Of a DNA stretch of 54,223 bases, positions 1 through 11,544 are shown piece after piece. The stretch comes from a bacterium (GTDB lineage Bacteria; UBP15; UBA6099; JAJRTR01), in contig JAJRTR010000026.1 of the NCBI GenBank assembly GCA_024278215.1, positions 1 to 54,223 of the forward strand. The letters run 5' to 3'. The notes beneath the pieces are model-generated. The model made no database searches, had not been told where the DNA came from, and saw nothing but the letters and a program-made list of their open reading frames with translations. How positions within the stretch are numbered: the stretch's first letter is position 1; each line of letters begins with the position of its first letter. A program made the position numbers and the translations under genes.

Positions 1-4
1 TAAC

Positions 5-30
5 CCGCATTTGTGAAATATGCGGGATAA
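5..30. repeat. 26-bp hairpin repeat, copy 1 (CCGCATTTGTGAAATATGCGGGATAA)
   Basis: 24/26 identical to 4726-4751; CCCGCAT...ATGCGGG inverted arms. Confidence 0.6.
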
Positions 31-136
31 GAGATGATTCTGCAATCGGCTTTGCTGTAAAACATTATCCATAATCTGTATAATGTTGCCCTGGCGCGGA
101 GGCGTGCGCCATCACGGTTCCACTTGGGGGCGATAA

Positions 137-1519
137 ATGCCGAAAACAGAGCCTGTCACGGGCGGCAAACTTTCATTCCTTCAAAAGTTCACTTATGGAA
201 TGGGCAATATGGGCGGTAATTTCGTCAATCTTGCCTTCTCTCTTTTCATACTCAAGCGGTTCGACGCTTATGGCCCGTATATATGGTTTTCGATAATCAT
301 GCTGGCGGGGCGAATTGTGGACTCGATAGCCGACCCTCTGATCGGCTACTGGAGTGATCGCACACAGACACGCTGGGGCAGGCGAATACCTTTCATGATG
401 TTTGGCGGGATACCGCTCTGCATCGTGTTTTTCCTGATCTGGGTTGTACCGCTGAATGTTTTTCCGAGCGGTTCGACGGCACTTTTTGTCTATCTCTGTT
501 TCCTTATGGGTGCGTTCTGGTTTCTTTTCACAGCCGTGTGTTGTCCCTACCTCGCGCTGTTACCCGAGATCGCCAACAGCGAGCACGAGCGACTCGAACT
601 CGCGGAATACATGGCTGTGTTCATGCTTGTGAGTTCCGGTGTTGTGATGATCCTGCTGCCCGTGCTGAAAGATAGCTTCGGGTATGTCGGAATGGCGTTG
701 ATTGTCGCGGGCATGACTGCGGTCAGTATATATTCGCCTGTGATAACGATAAAGGAGAGATACGCGCGGAAGCCGGAAGATTACGGCATTCTGACGGCAC
801 TGAAATGGACGTTCTCGAACAAGGCTTTTGTCATTTATGTGGTCAGCAGCGTTTTTCTCCAGATTTCGTTTCAGACGATTATCATGAGTATGGAAATGAT
901 TGTCACGGTGATACTGGGCAAGCCGGGTTCATATATGGGGATAATCATGGGCGGCGCGGGTCTTGTCGCGGTCATATCGTTTTTCCTCATAAACGGCCTT
1001 GCCGAGAAATATGACAAGCGGAAAATCTATATGATCGGAATGGGTATTTTTGTGTTGCTGCTGCCGTTCATATTCTTTTTCGGGCAGTATGATCTTTCGA
1101 TAAATCTCGCCTTTATTGGAATTCATTATGTGATTTCCGAGCTTGCCGTAGCGTTCGTGGTTTTTGGCCTGACGGGATTCCCGATTGCCGTGCTGATGGT
1201 GCTTCCGCCTACGATCCTTGCGGACATTATCGACCTGGACGAACTGAACACGGGCGAGCGGCGCGAGGCGATGTATTTCGGCGCGCAAGGGTTCCTGCAG
1301 AAGGGCGGGCTGGGGCTTTGCGGTTTCATCATCGGTGTTCTTTTTCAGTTGTACGGGGCGAGTGTCGACAGGCATCTCGGACTCGATCTGCTCGGTCCTG
1401 TAACATCGTTTTTCATGATCATCGGGTTCATTATCTTCCTGTGGTATCCGCTGGATAATAAGCGTGTCGCCGAGATTAAGAAGCAACTGAAGAAAAGAAA
1501 AGAGGCGGCACCGGCCTGA
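137..1519 (+). CDS. MFS transporter, GPH (glycoside-pentoside-hexuronide:cation symporter, MelB-like) family
   Basis: About 12 hydrophobic segments; motifs DSIADPLIGYWSDRTQTRWGRRIPF and ADIIDLDELNTGERREAMYFG are typical of GPH symporters. Confidence 0.9.
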   Translation: MPKTEPVTGGKLSFLQKFTYGMGNMGGNFVNLAFSLFILKRFDAYGPYIWFSIIMLAGRIVDSIADPLIGYWSDRTQTRWGRRIPFMMFGGIPLCIVFFLIWVVPLNVFPSGSTALFVYLCFLMGAFWFLFTAVCCPYLALLPEIANSEHERLELAEYMAVFMLVSSGVVMILLPVLKDSFGYVGMALIVAGMTAVSIYSPVITIKERYARKPEDYGILTALKWTFSNKAFVIYVVSSVFLQISFQTIIMSMEMIVTVILGKPGSYMGIIMGGAGLVAVISFFLINGLAEKYDKRKIYMIGMGIFVLLLPFIFFFGQYDLSINLAFIGIHYVISELAVAFVVFGLTGFPIAVLMVLPPTILADIIDLDELNTGERREAMYFGAQGFLQKGGLGLCGFIIGVLFQLYGASVDRHLGLDLLGPVTSFFMIIGFIIFLWYPLDNKRVAEIKKQLKKRKEAAPA

Positions 1520-1605
1520 TGCCGCGAACTTGAAAAAAACGCAAACTGTTTTACATTTACAATGATGAGGCAGTTGGAAAATAATAAAACGGAGATGCAC
1601 AATAC

Positions 1606-3342
1606 ATGCCGGACTTTGTAATAAAGAACGGAACCGTGGTAGACGGTTCGGGACGAAAAAGATTCAAGGCTGATGTAGCGATAAAAGGCGACAGGATAGA
1701 AGCCGTCGAGAAAAGAATAGATGTCGCGCCCGGAAACGGTTGCGTCGAGATAGACGCTGCCGGAAAGATCGTTTGTCCCGGCATAATAGACCCTCATTCA
1801 CACGCCGACCTCACGATACATCGCGAGAATCACGCCGATATGCTCGCACCGCTCGTGAGACAGGGTATCACCACATTTATTGGCGGCAATTGCGGCATGT
1901 CGCTCGCTCCGCTGACAAACAACCATCCCCTGTGCATGAAGATGTATCTCGAAGGCTTCACCGCAATGGAACTCGCGAAGGACCTGCACTGGAAAGACAC
2001 TGCCGGATTCATTGATTATATCGAGGCGCAGGGTGTGTGCATGAATGTCGCGCTGCTCGCGCCCCACAGCCTTCTGCGCATCGACGCGATGGGCATGGAC
2101 ACACGTGTCGCGCGCAACGACGAAATAGACGTGATGGCGCGTCGGCTCGACGATTGCCTCGAAGCCGGCTGCGTCGGCATGTCCACCGGTCTCCAGTATA
2201 TGCCCGGTCTACAGAGCGACACGCGCGAACTTGTCAAGCTCGGCAAAGTAGTCAAAAAACACGACGGCATCTACGCCAGCCACCTGCGCAGCTACATGAG
2301 CACTCTGCCTGAAGCGATCGACGAACTTGTGACAATCGTGCGTAAAAACAACATCCGCGGCCAGGTCTCGCACATCTTCTGGGTGCCGGACATGGGGCCG
2401 CTGGGACCGCTGCTGCGCGAGTTCGCAAAACTTTTCATTAACCTGTCGAAACACTGGACGCTGCCCGCGAAACTCGACAGCGAGATCGAGAAACAGATCG
2501 GGAAACTTATGCGATTGCGCCGTAAGGGGCTTGAAATAGGTATGGACGTTATGCCCACTACCACTACATTTACGCATCTGATGGCCTACTTTCCACCCTG
2601 GGCCATAAAAGGCACAAAGGAAGACATCGGGCTCAGGCTGATGCACGCGGGGCGCCGCAGGAAGATGCGTGAAGACATCGAGCACGGCAAGCTGATCTGG
2701 CCGCACACCGGCTCGAACCAGTGGTCTCTCAACATCTTCAAACTGCTCGGCTGGGAATGCACAAGGATCATGGCAGTCGTCACAGAAAAAAATAAACCGC
2801 TCGAAGGCCGCCGGATTACCGACATCGCAGCCGAGCGCGGCAAGCATCCGTTCGATTTTCTTTGCGATCTGCTGATACAGGAAGAGGGCAGGGTGCTCGT
2901 GTTCTCATCAGTGGGCGAGCCGGAAGACAACTTCACCGAACAATCGCTCTACGCGCCTCTGAAACACCCTGAAGTGTCCGTCAGCACAGATACGCTCCTC
3001 ATGGGGTTCGGGCGCCCTTCGCATCTGTTCTACGGTGCCTATCCGAAGTTCCTCAGCCGCTATGTGCGCGAGATGAAAATGCTCGACCTCGAAACCGCCG
3101 TAAGGAAAATCACCAGTCTGCCCGCCGACCATTTCAGACTCAAACTTCGCGGCACTCTCAAGAAAAAATGGTTTGCGGATGTGCTAGTCTTCGACCCGGA
3201 AACGATAGACCCCAGGTGTAGTTTCCAGAAGCCGAGCGGCAAGCCGCGTGGTATAGAACATGTTTTTATCAACGGAAAACATGTCGTCGACGGCGATAAG
3301 ACCGATCTGTCCGCAATGGCGGGAAAAGTGCTGAAAAATTGA
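1606..3342 (+). CDS. N-acyl-D-amino-acid deacylase family amidohydrolase
   Basis: IKNGTVVDGSG N-terminus, PGIIDPHSH metal motif, QGITT..GNCG, STGLQY, YPKFLSRYVRE, ADVLVFDP, HVFING. Confidence 0.88.
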   Translation: MPDFVIKNGTVVDGSGRKRFKADVAIKGDRIEAVEKRIDVAPGNGCVEIDAAGKIVCPGIIDPHSHADLTIHRENHADMLAPLVRQGITTFIGGNCGMSLAPLTNNHPLCMKMYLEGFTAMELAKDLHWKDTAGFIDYIEAQGVCMNVALLAPHSLLRIDAMGMDTRVARNDEIDVMARRLDDCLEAGCVGMSTGLQYMPGLQSDTRELVKLGKVVKKHDGIYASHLRSYMSTLPEAIDELVTIVRKNNIRGQVSHIFWVPDMGPLGPLLREFAKLFINLSKHWTLPAKLDSEIEKQIGKLMRLRRKGLEIGMDVMPTTTTFTHLMAYFPPWAIKGTKEDIGLRLMHAGRRRKMREDIEHGKLIWPHTGSNQWSLNIFKLLGWECTRIMAVVTEKNKPLEGRRITDIAAERGKHPFDFLCDLLIQEEGRVLVFSSVGEPEDNFTEQSLYAPLKHPEVSVSTDTLLMGFGRPSHLFYGAYPKFLSRYVREMKMLDLETAVRKITSLPADHFRLKLRGTLKKKWFADVLVFDPETIDPRCSFQKPSGKPRGIEHVFINGKHVVDGDKTDLSAMAGKVLKN

Positions 3343-3374
3343 CCAGACACATATTGACATTACAGGGCGTCATA

Positions 3375-3411
3375 TTCGTGCCCAAACAAAAGCGGTTTGA
3401 GCACGGCACAC
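3375..3411 (-). repeat. 37-bp REP-like hairpin (GTGTGCCGTGCTCAAACCGCTTTTGTTTGGGCACGAA on minus strand)
   Basis: Identical to 4587-4623; reverse complement (1 mismatch) of 3886-3922. Confidence 0.9.
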
Positions 3412-3427
3412 AAAATAGGGGAATAGA

Positions 3428-3561
3428 TTCCCCCTGCTAAAGCCGGGATCCTTACTGCTACAGCTTCATCTGAAGCTGACCTGAATCCTTTCATAACAGG
3501 ATTCAGCAGGGCTCATTCATCCACGGGTAAATCCGTGGTATTCTGTCTACGACCGCATAAA
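3428..3561. mobile_element. Non-coding multi-hairpin element resembling a non-autonomous IS200/IS605 derivative (PATE-like)
   Basis: Four hairpins: CCCTGC-TAAA-GCCGGG (3432-3447), CAGCTTCA-TC-TGAAGCTG (3461-3478), CTGAATCCT...AGGATTCAG (3481-3506), CCACGG-GTAAAT-CCGTGG (3521-3538). The outer TAAA-loop hairpins resemble IS200/IS605 subterminal hairpins. No ORF. Confidence 0.5.
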
Positions 3562-3724
3562 TATTTATAATACATATACGAGATGATTAATATTTAAAAG
3601 TTCAGCTAAATATATTTCTTCACTTGTATTTCCTTCATATAAAGTGTCTCATTCTTAAATATTCCAGAGAATTCAATCTGTTTGAATTCATCACATGGAT
3701 GCGTGTTATTTTTGAAACTATGCT

Positions 3725-3922
3725 TGTGCGGCGTGCTCCAACGCAATTCATCCAATGTGTGCCGTGCTCAAATCTATCTCTGCCCCCGTGTGTGCGGCGT
3801 GCTGAACGCAGTTCATCCAATGTGTGCCGTGCTCAAATCTATCTACCCCCCGTGTGTGCGGCGTGCTGAACGCAATTCATCCAATGTGTGCCGTGCTCAA
3901 ACCGTTTTTGTTTGGGCACGAA
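3725..3922 (+). repeat. Tandem array of ~65-bp units built from half-REPs, ending in a full REP (3886-3922)
   Basis: Units start at 3725, 3791 and 3855, each TGTGCGGCGTGCT(C/G)..AACGCA(A/G)TTCATCCAATGTGTGCCGTGCTCAAA... Confidence 0.9.
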
Positions 3923-3942
3923 CGAAAGCACCAGTAAAATAA

Positions 3943-4506
3943 TCATCCCGGAAATGTTTTCCGATCTATCTTCACTGCTCCTTCTTCACCACAGTACCAG
4001 TAACTCGCGCTGGACCACTTCCAATCTACCGCTTGCCTCACGAGTTCCTTTCTCACTGGATTACTATGTGTGTAATCCACAACTTGTCTCAGTGTAGACA
4101 ACTTCACAATATTTTGATCGTATCCTCTACCTTTCATCCAGAATCTGTATGGTCGGTGTTTCTGACCTGTAGAAAGCACAACGAGTCTTTCCGCTTCATT
4201 CCTTCGGAGATAACCTGTTGCCTTTCTTGAGACAGGTTGTTTTATTGAAGCAAGAATGTCAGAAATTTTATAATGCTCTTCCTGTGGCCATACCAAAAGG
4301 TGGACATGATTGGGCATGAAGACATAAGCCCAGACAGAAAAGTTATATTTTGTACTTGAACGGTTTATTGATTCAGAAAGAAATTGACAGAATAAAGCAT
4401 CATTGAGAAAGTCCTGCTTTTTGAAACATGAAAATGTCAACAGGTGCGCGTGTCGAGATAGATTGTATGTTCTTCTCCTTGTTTGAGTTTTGTATTGTTG
4501 CGACAT
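3943..4506 (-). CDS. REP-associated tyrosine transposase (RAYT, Y1/HUH family)
   Basis: HLLTFSC; AYVFMPNHVHLL (HUH); YTHSNPVR (catalytic Tyr, NP); WKWSS; flanked by inverted REPs. Start moved to ATG 4506 because the track's extension runs through the REP. Confidence 0.9.
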   Translation of the reverse strand: MSQQYKTQTRRRTYNLSRHAHLLTFSCFKKQDFLNDALFCQFLSESINRSSTKYNFSVWAYVFMPNHVHLLVWPQEEHYKISDILASIKQPVSRKATGYLRRNEAERLVVLSTGQKHRPYRFWMKGRGYDQNIVKLSTLRQVVDYTHSNPVRKELVRQAVDWKWSSASYWYCGEEGAVKIDRKTFPG

Positions 4507-4586
4507 ATGAAGATTATACTTATTTTGAGGGATATGAGGTTTTTTTTGTTTATTGGAAGTTGTAAGACGTCCGGCAGGATTTACTG

Positions 4587-4659
4587 TTCGTGCCCAAACA
4601 AAAGCGGTTTGAGCACGGCACACGCAGATGGGCGATGGGTTTGAGCACGGCACACGCAG
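4587..4659 (-). repeat. Full REP (4587-4623) plus an upstream half-REP (4638-4659)
   Basis: GGTTTGAGCACGGCACACGCAG occurs twice; the full copy is inverted relative to 3886-3922 around the RAYT gene. Confidence 0.9.
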
Positions 4660-4725
4660 TTTTTATTTACTTCAGCGACTACACGTTGTCGCTTACGCTT
4701 CGATAAGGGCCTTAAGGGCCTATAT

Positions 4726-4751
4726 CCGCATTGGTGAAATATGCGGGCTAA
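4726..4751. repeat. 26-bp hairpin repeat, copy 2, immediately after the valS stop
   Basis: CCGCATTGGTGAAATATGCGGGCTAA; 24/26 identical to 5-30. Confidence 0.6.
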
Positions 4752-4757
4752 TTACAG

Positions 4758-7458
4758 CTACTCGGAGAAAACGGCAAGAATGCGACGAACCTTTTTGAGT
4801 TCTTCTCCATTTTCCTGAATCATGATTTTTTCTCTTTCCACAATATCCGCGGGTGCGCGTGTCAGAAACTTTTCATTCCGGAGTTTATTCTCCGATTTCT
4901 TTATGTCGCCTTCAAGACCTTTCTCTTTCTTCTTAAGGCGCGCGATCTCTTTTGCAAGTTCATCGCCGCCCCTGCCGATGATGATCTCTTTCCGGCGTCT
5001 GATCTCGTCGTCGATCCTGCTCTCGCCGTAAGGGACGACAATATCGAAATCGGCGAGTTGCAGCGAAGTCGTTTCCGCTCCATCAGCAATTGATTCGACG
5101 ACCTGCGCACCTGCCATCTGATCGATAAAATCTTTCAGTTCGAACAGTGCGTCAACTATCTCTCTGTCGCCAGTGAATGTGACGAGGATCTTTTCCGAAG
5201 GTGGGATGCCGAGTTTCGCGCAGAGGTCGCGAATGCCGCGTGTTGCCTCCTGCGCGCGGGCGACGTACTCGATGATCTTTTCGTCTTCGTTCCATTCGAA
5301 ATCGGGATAGCCGTTGTCAAGAATCGAGCCGGAGGTGAGCGGCAGGTGCTGCCATATTTCCTCAGTGATGAAGGGCATGAACGGATGCAACAGAACGAGT
5401 GTGTATTCGAGAACTTTGTTGAGGATGACTTTCACGGCGTCGGATTGTTCGGAGTCTTCTCCGTAGAGTTTCGACTTCGACAGTTCGATGTACCAGTCGC
5501 AGAAGTCGTGCCATGCAAACGAATATATGTTCTGGAGCGCTTCGTTGAGATCGAAACTTTCCGTCAGCTCAGATGTTTTCCCTACAAGCGCGTGCACGCG
5601 CGAAAGAATCCACTGATCCTGCTTGTCGAGGCTTGTCGGGTCGAGGTCTTCGATCTTCACACCCGCGGGTGCGTCGCCTGCCGTCATAAGGATGTATCTC
5701 GCGGCGTTCCATAATTTTGTGATGAAGTTGCGGCCCGACCGGTACTTGTCTTCGGACACATTAACATCCTGCCCCATCGAGCCCATGAAGAGGAAAGTAA
5801 AGCGGAGCGCGTCCGCGCCGTACTTGTCGATTATCTCGAGCGGATCGACGACATTGCCGAAGCTTTTACTCATCTTCATTCCGTTCGAGTCGCGCACGAT
5901 GCCGTGTATGAAAACGTGTTTGAACGGCACGTCGCCGCCGAACTTCAGACCGAAGAACATCATGCGGGCGACCCAGAAAAAGATGATGTCGAAGCCGGTG
6001 ACGAGCACGGAAGTCGGGTAGAAGTTTTTCAGGTCGACAGTGTCGCCGGGCCATCCGAGAGTGGACAGCGGCCAGAGGCCGGAGCTGAACCATGTGTCCA
6101 GCACATCATCCTGCTGCGCGATGTTCGCCGAACCGCATTCGGTGCATTTGTCCGGGTCTTCGATCTCGCATATTCGCGCGCCGCAGTCCGCGCAGTCCCA
6201 CACGGGGATACGGTGTCCCCACCAGAGTTGGCGTGAGATGCACCAGTCGCGTATATTATCGAGCCAGTCCATGTAGACTTTTGTCCAGCGTTGCGGCACG
6301 AAAACCGTGCGACCGTCGCGGACGGCGTCCTTTGCGGGTTCCGCGAGGCTTTTCATGGCGATGAACCATTGTTTGCTGACGTAAGGTTCGACGACACTGG
6401 CGCAGCGCTGGCAGTGGCCGACAGAGTGGCGGTATTCCTCTATCTTAATAAGCAGGCCGGCGGCTTTGAGGTCTTCGACGATCTTCTCGCGCGCGTCGAA
6501 ACGGTCGAGCCCGGCGTATTCGGGATAATCTTCAGTGATGCGCCCGTCCTTGTCGAGCATGAGGAACGAGTCGAGTTTGTGTTTGATGCCGAGCTCGTTA
6601 TCGTTGGGGTCGTGCGCCGGTGTAACTTTTAGCGCGCCGGTGCCGAGTTCCATGTCGACATACTCGTCGAGGATAATCGGCATGATCCTGCCCACAAGCG
6701 GCAGGACGCAGTTTTTGCCGTGATATTTCTTATAGCGTTCGTCATCGGGGTGGATCGCGACCGCCGAGTCGCCGAGCATCGTCTCCGGTCTTGTTGTGGC
6801 TATTTCGAGATAAGCGTCTTCGCCCTCGACGGGGTATTTGATATGGTAGAACGCGCCGTCGATGTCTTTATATTCCACCTCGATGTCGCTTAGCGCGGTA
6901 GTGCAGCGCGGGCACCAGTTGATCATGCGCTCGCCCTGGTAGATGAGTCCTTCGTCGAACAGTTGCTTGAAGGCGGTGCGCACGGCGAGAGAACACTGTT
7001 CGTCGAGTGTGAAGCGCTCGCGCGTCCAGTCGACAGCCGTGCCGAGCCGCACGAGCTGGCTCTTTATATTGTCGTGGTAGATGTCCTTCCACTCCCAGAC
7101 GCGCTCGACGAATTTCTCGCGGCCGAGTTCATGGCGGTTGGTGCCTTCCTTGCGGAGTTGCTTTTCGACAACATTCTGCGTGGCGATCCCGGCGTGGTCC
7201 ATACCCGGCACCCACAGCGCGTCCCTGTTCTTCAGGTGGTTGTATCTTATCAGCACATCCTGGAGCGTATTGTTCAGGGCGTGTCCCATGTGGAGCGAGC
7301 CGGTAACGTTCGGCGGGGGGATTACTATACTGAATTTTTCCGGTACATCTTTCGGATGGTCGGAGAAGACGCCTTCCTTTTCCCAGAATTCTATCCATTT
7401 GGATTCGTACTCGGACGGTTCGCAATGTTTCGGCAGTTCGGTGCTGTTTCTTTCCGGT

Positions 7459-7475
<17 letters not shown>
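4758..7475 (-). CDS. valS: Valine--tRNA ligase
   Basis: PPPNVTGSLHMGHAL (HIGH), DHAGIATQ, ATTRPET, WCISRQLWWGHRIP, KMSKS, C-terminal coiled coil; GTG start with GGAGG upstream. Confidence 0.98.
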
Positions 7476-9996
<2,521 letters not shown>

Positions 9997-10255
9997 GGTA
10001 CACCATCCTAATTGATATAAGTACCTCAATATATTAATAATACACGCCGCCGTTGCAACCCCGCGGGCCACATTTCATAAAACATACTCTTTCAGCGAAC
10101 GTGAAAAACGCCGCTTTTCGACTGAAAATACAGAGTCCTTCTACTGTGCGCCCCGCGTGCAACTCGTTCCTCCGCACATGTCATATCAAATGCACCGCGG
10201 CTTTTCAAAGCAGCGCGATTGTGTTAAACTTCTGCCCGAAAAGAATAACGTAATA

Positions 10256-10432
10256 GAGCCAATCGCAAATTATGTTCGTAGCGAGGTCGAGCGAAATTGT
10301 TCAGAGTAAGGCGGAGGTGTAAAATCATCGCAGATGTACTTAGAGAGTACGTCGAGGACGATTTTGAGCCGACAACGCAACTATGGACAATAGCAGCCGA
10401 TCGCAGCAGAATCAGAATTTTGCAATTGGTTC
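10256..10432 (+). mobile_element. 177-bp MITE-like element
   Basis: Terminal inverted repeats GAGCCAATCGCAAA / TTTGCAATTGGTTC; flanking 4-bp direct repeat AATA (10252-10255, 10433-10436); close second copy at 54083-54223. Confidence 0.8.
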
Positions 10433-10463
10433 AATACATAAGGGACAAAGGGGGATCAGGTAC

Positions 10464-11426
10464 ATGAAGAAATGGGTATTGATGCTTTTAGGGTTGATGG
10501 TTGCCGTTCTCGTGGTGTCGTGCTCGAACGCGCCGAAGAAGGAGAGCGAAAGTACGGATAAGGTGAATGAGCCTGCCGCTAAAAAAATTATCGGTGTATC
10601 GTTGCTCAAGGAAAACGACGACTTCTATATCACACTGAAAAAAGGACTGCAGGCGGCTGCCGATGAGTTCGGCTACGACATCGCGATTCTTTCAGCCGAC
10701 AACGACGAGATGAAACAGGACCGAAACATGGACGCGCTGCTCCTGAAAAACATTGCCGCTATTGTTATCTGCCCGGTGAACTCGAAGGGCGTCGGACCGA
10801 TTATAAAGAAGGCGACCGACAGAGGGATACCGGTATTTACGGCGGACATCGCAGCGGAAAAGGGCGATGTCGTCGCGCACATCGCTTCCGACAACTACCA
10901 GGGCGGACAACTCGCCGCGAAAAATATGGCGCAACTTGTGGGCAAAGGCGCGAAAATCGCCATCGTCCAGCAGCCCGGCACTGAGTCGGTCAAGGCTCGC
11001 GTTAAAGGGTTCTCCGACGAAGCTTTCAAACAGGGCCTTGTTATTATTAAACCGTATCTCAACGGCAAAGACGATACGCAGGAAAGCGAGCGCGTCGCAA
11101 ATTCCGTTATTATCCAGAACAAAGACCTCAAGGGGTTCTTCGCGGCCAACGACAACATGGCGGCCGGTGTCGAGGCGGCAATAAACTCCAGCGGCAAAGA
11201 CATCGTCCTCATCGGTTACGACGCCTCCCCCGCCGCTCAGGGCAAGATCAAGCAGGGCGGCGCGTGGAAAGCGGATGTCATCCAGTATCCATTCGAAATC
11301 GGGCGGATTACAATTCTGTCCATCGACAGATATTTCAAAGGCGACCTGAAACCGAAGGCCGGTGAAAAGACGATTATTGTGCCCGTTAAAGTCGGCATCG
11401 TCAATCAGGAATCACTGTCGAAATAA
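10464..11426 (+). CDS. Sugar ABC transporter substrate-binding lipoprotein (RbsB-like)
   Basis: Signal/lipobox MKKWVLMLLGLMVAVLVVSC; GIPVFTAD, IASDNYQGG, FAAND, IGYD. The track start (10383) lies inside the MITE; ATG 10464 preferred. Confidence 0.9.
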   Translation: MKKWVLMLLGLMVAVLVVSCSNAPKKESESTDKVNEPAAKKIIGVSLLKENDDFYITLKKGLQAAADEFGYDIAILSADNDEMKQDRNMDALLLKNIAAIVICPVNSKGVGPIIKKATDRGIPVFTADIAAEKGDVVAHIASDNYQGGQLAAKNMAQLVGKGAKIAIVQQPGTESVKARVKGFSDEAFKQGLVIIKPYLNGKDDTQESERVANSVIIQNKDLKGFFAANDNMAAGVEAAINSSGKDIVLIGYDASPAAQGKIKQGGAWKADVIQYPFEIGRITILSIDRYFKGDLKPKAGEKTIIVPVKVGIVNQESLSK

Positions 11427-11544
11427 GGGCTGATTTGCAGAAGTGTTGTCTGAATAGTTCAGCACCGGATTCCCGTGATAGTGCGGGCGGCGAATAAAAT
11501 GCGGGTGCTACGAAGTTCATCACTATGGAGACTTTGTAATATAA

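Noticed and set aside
3725-3922. CRISPR array
   Set aside because: The linkers are short and repeat alternately rather than being unique; no cas genes; the repeats derive from the RAYT REP.
3624-4097. Short Cys-rich ORFs (SSNVCRAQ repeats)
   Set aside because: Translations of the REP array; no RBS or independent coding signal.
4507-4653. N-terminal extension of RAYT in the ORF track
   Set aside because: Runs through the REP copies; ATG 4506 gives a normal-length RAYT.
10383-10463. N-terminal extension of the binding protein
   Set aside because: Starts inside the MITE; the lipoprotein signal begins at 10464.
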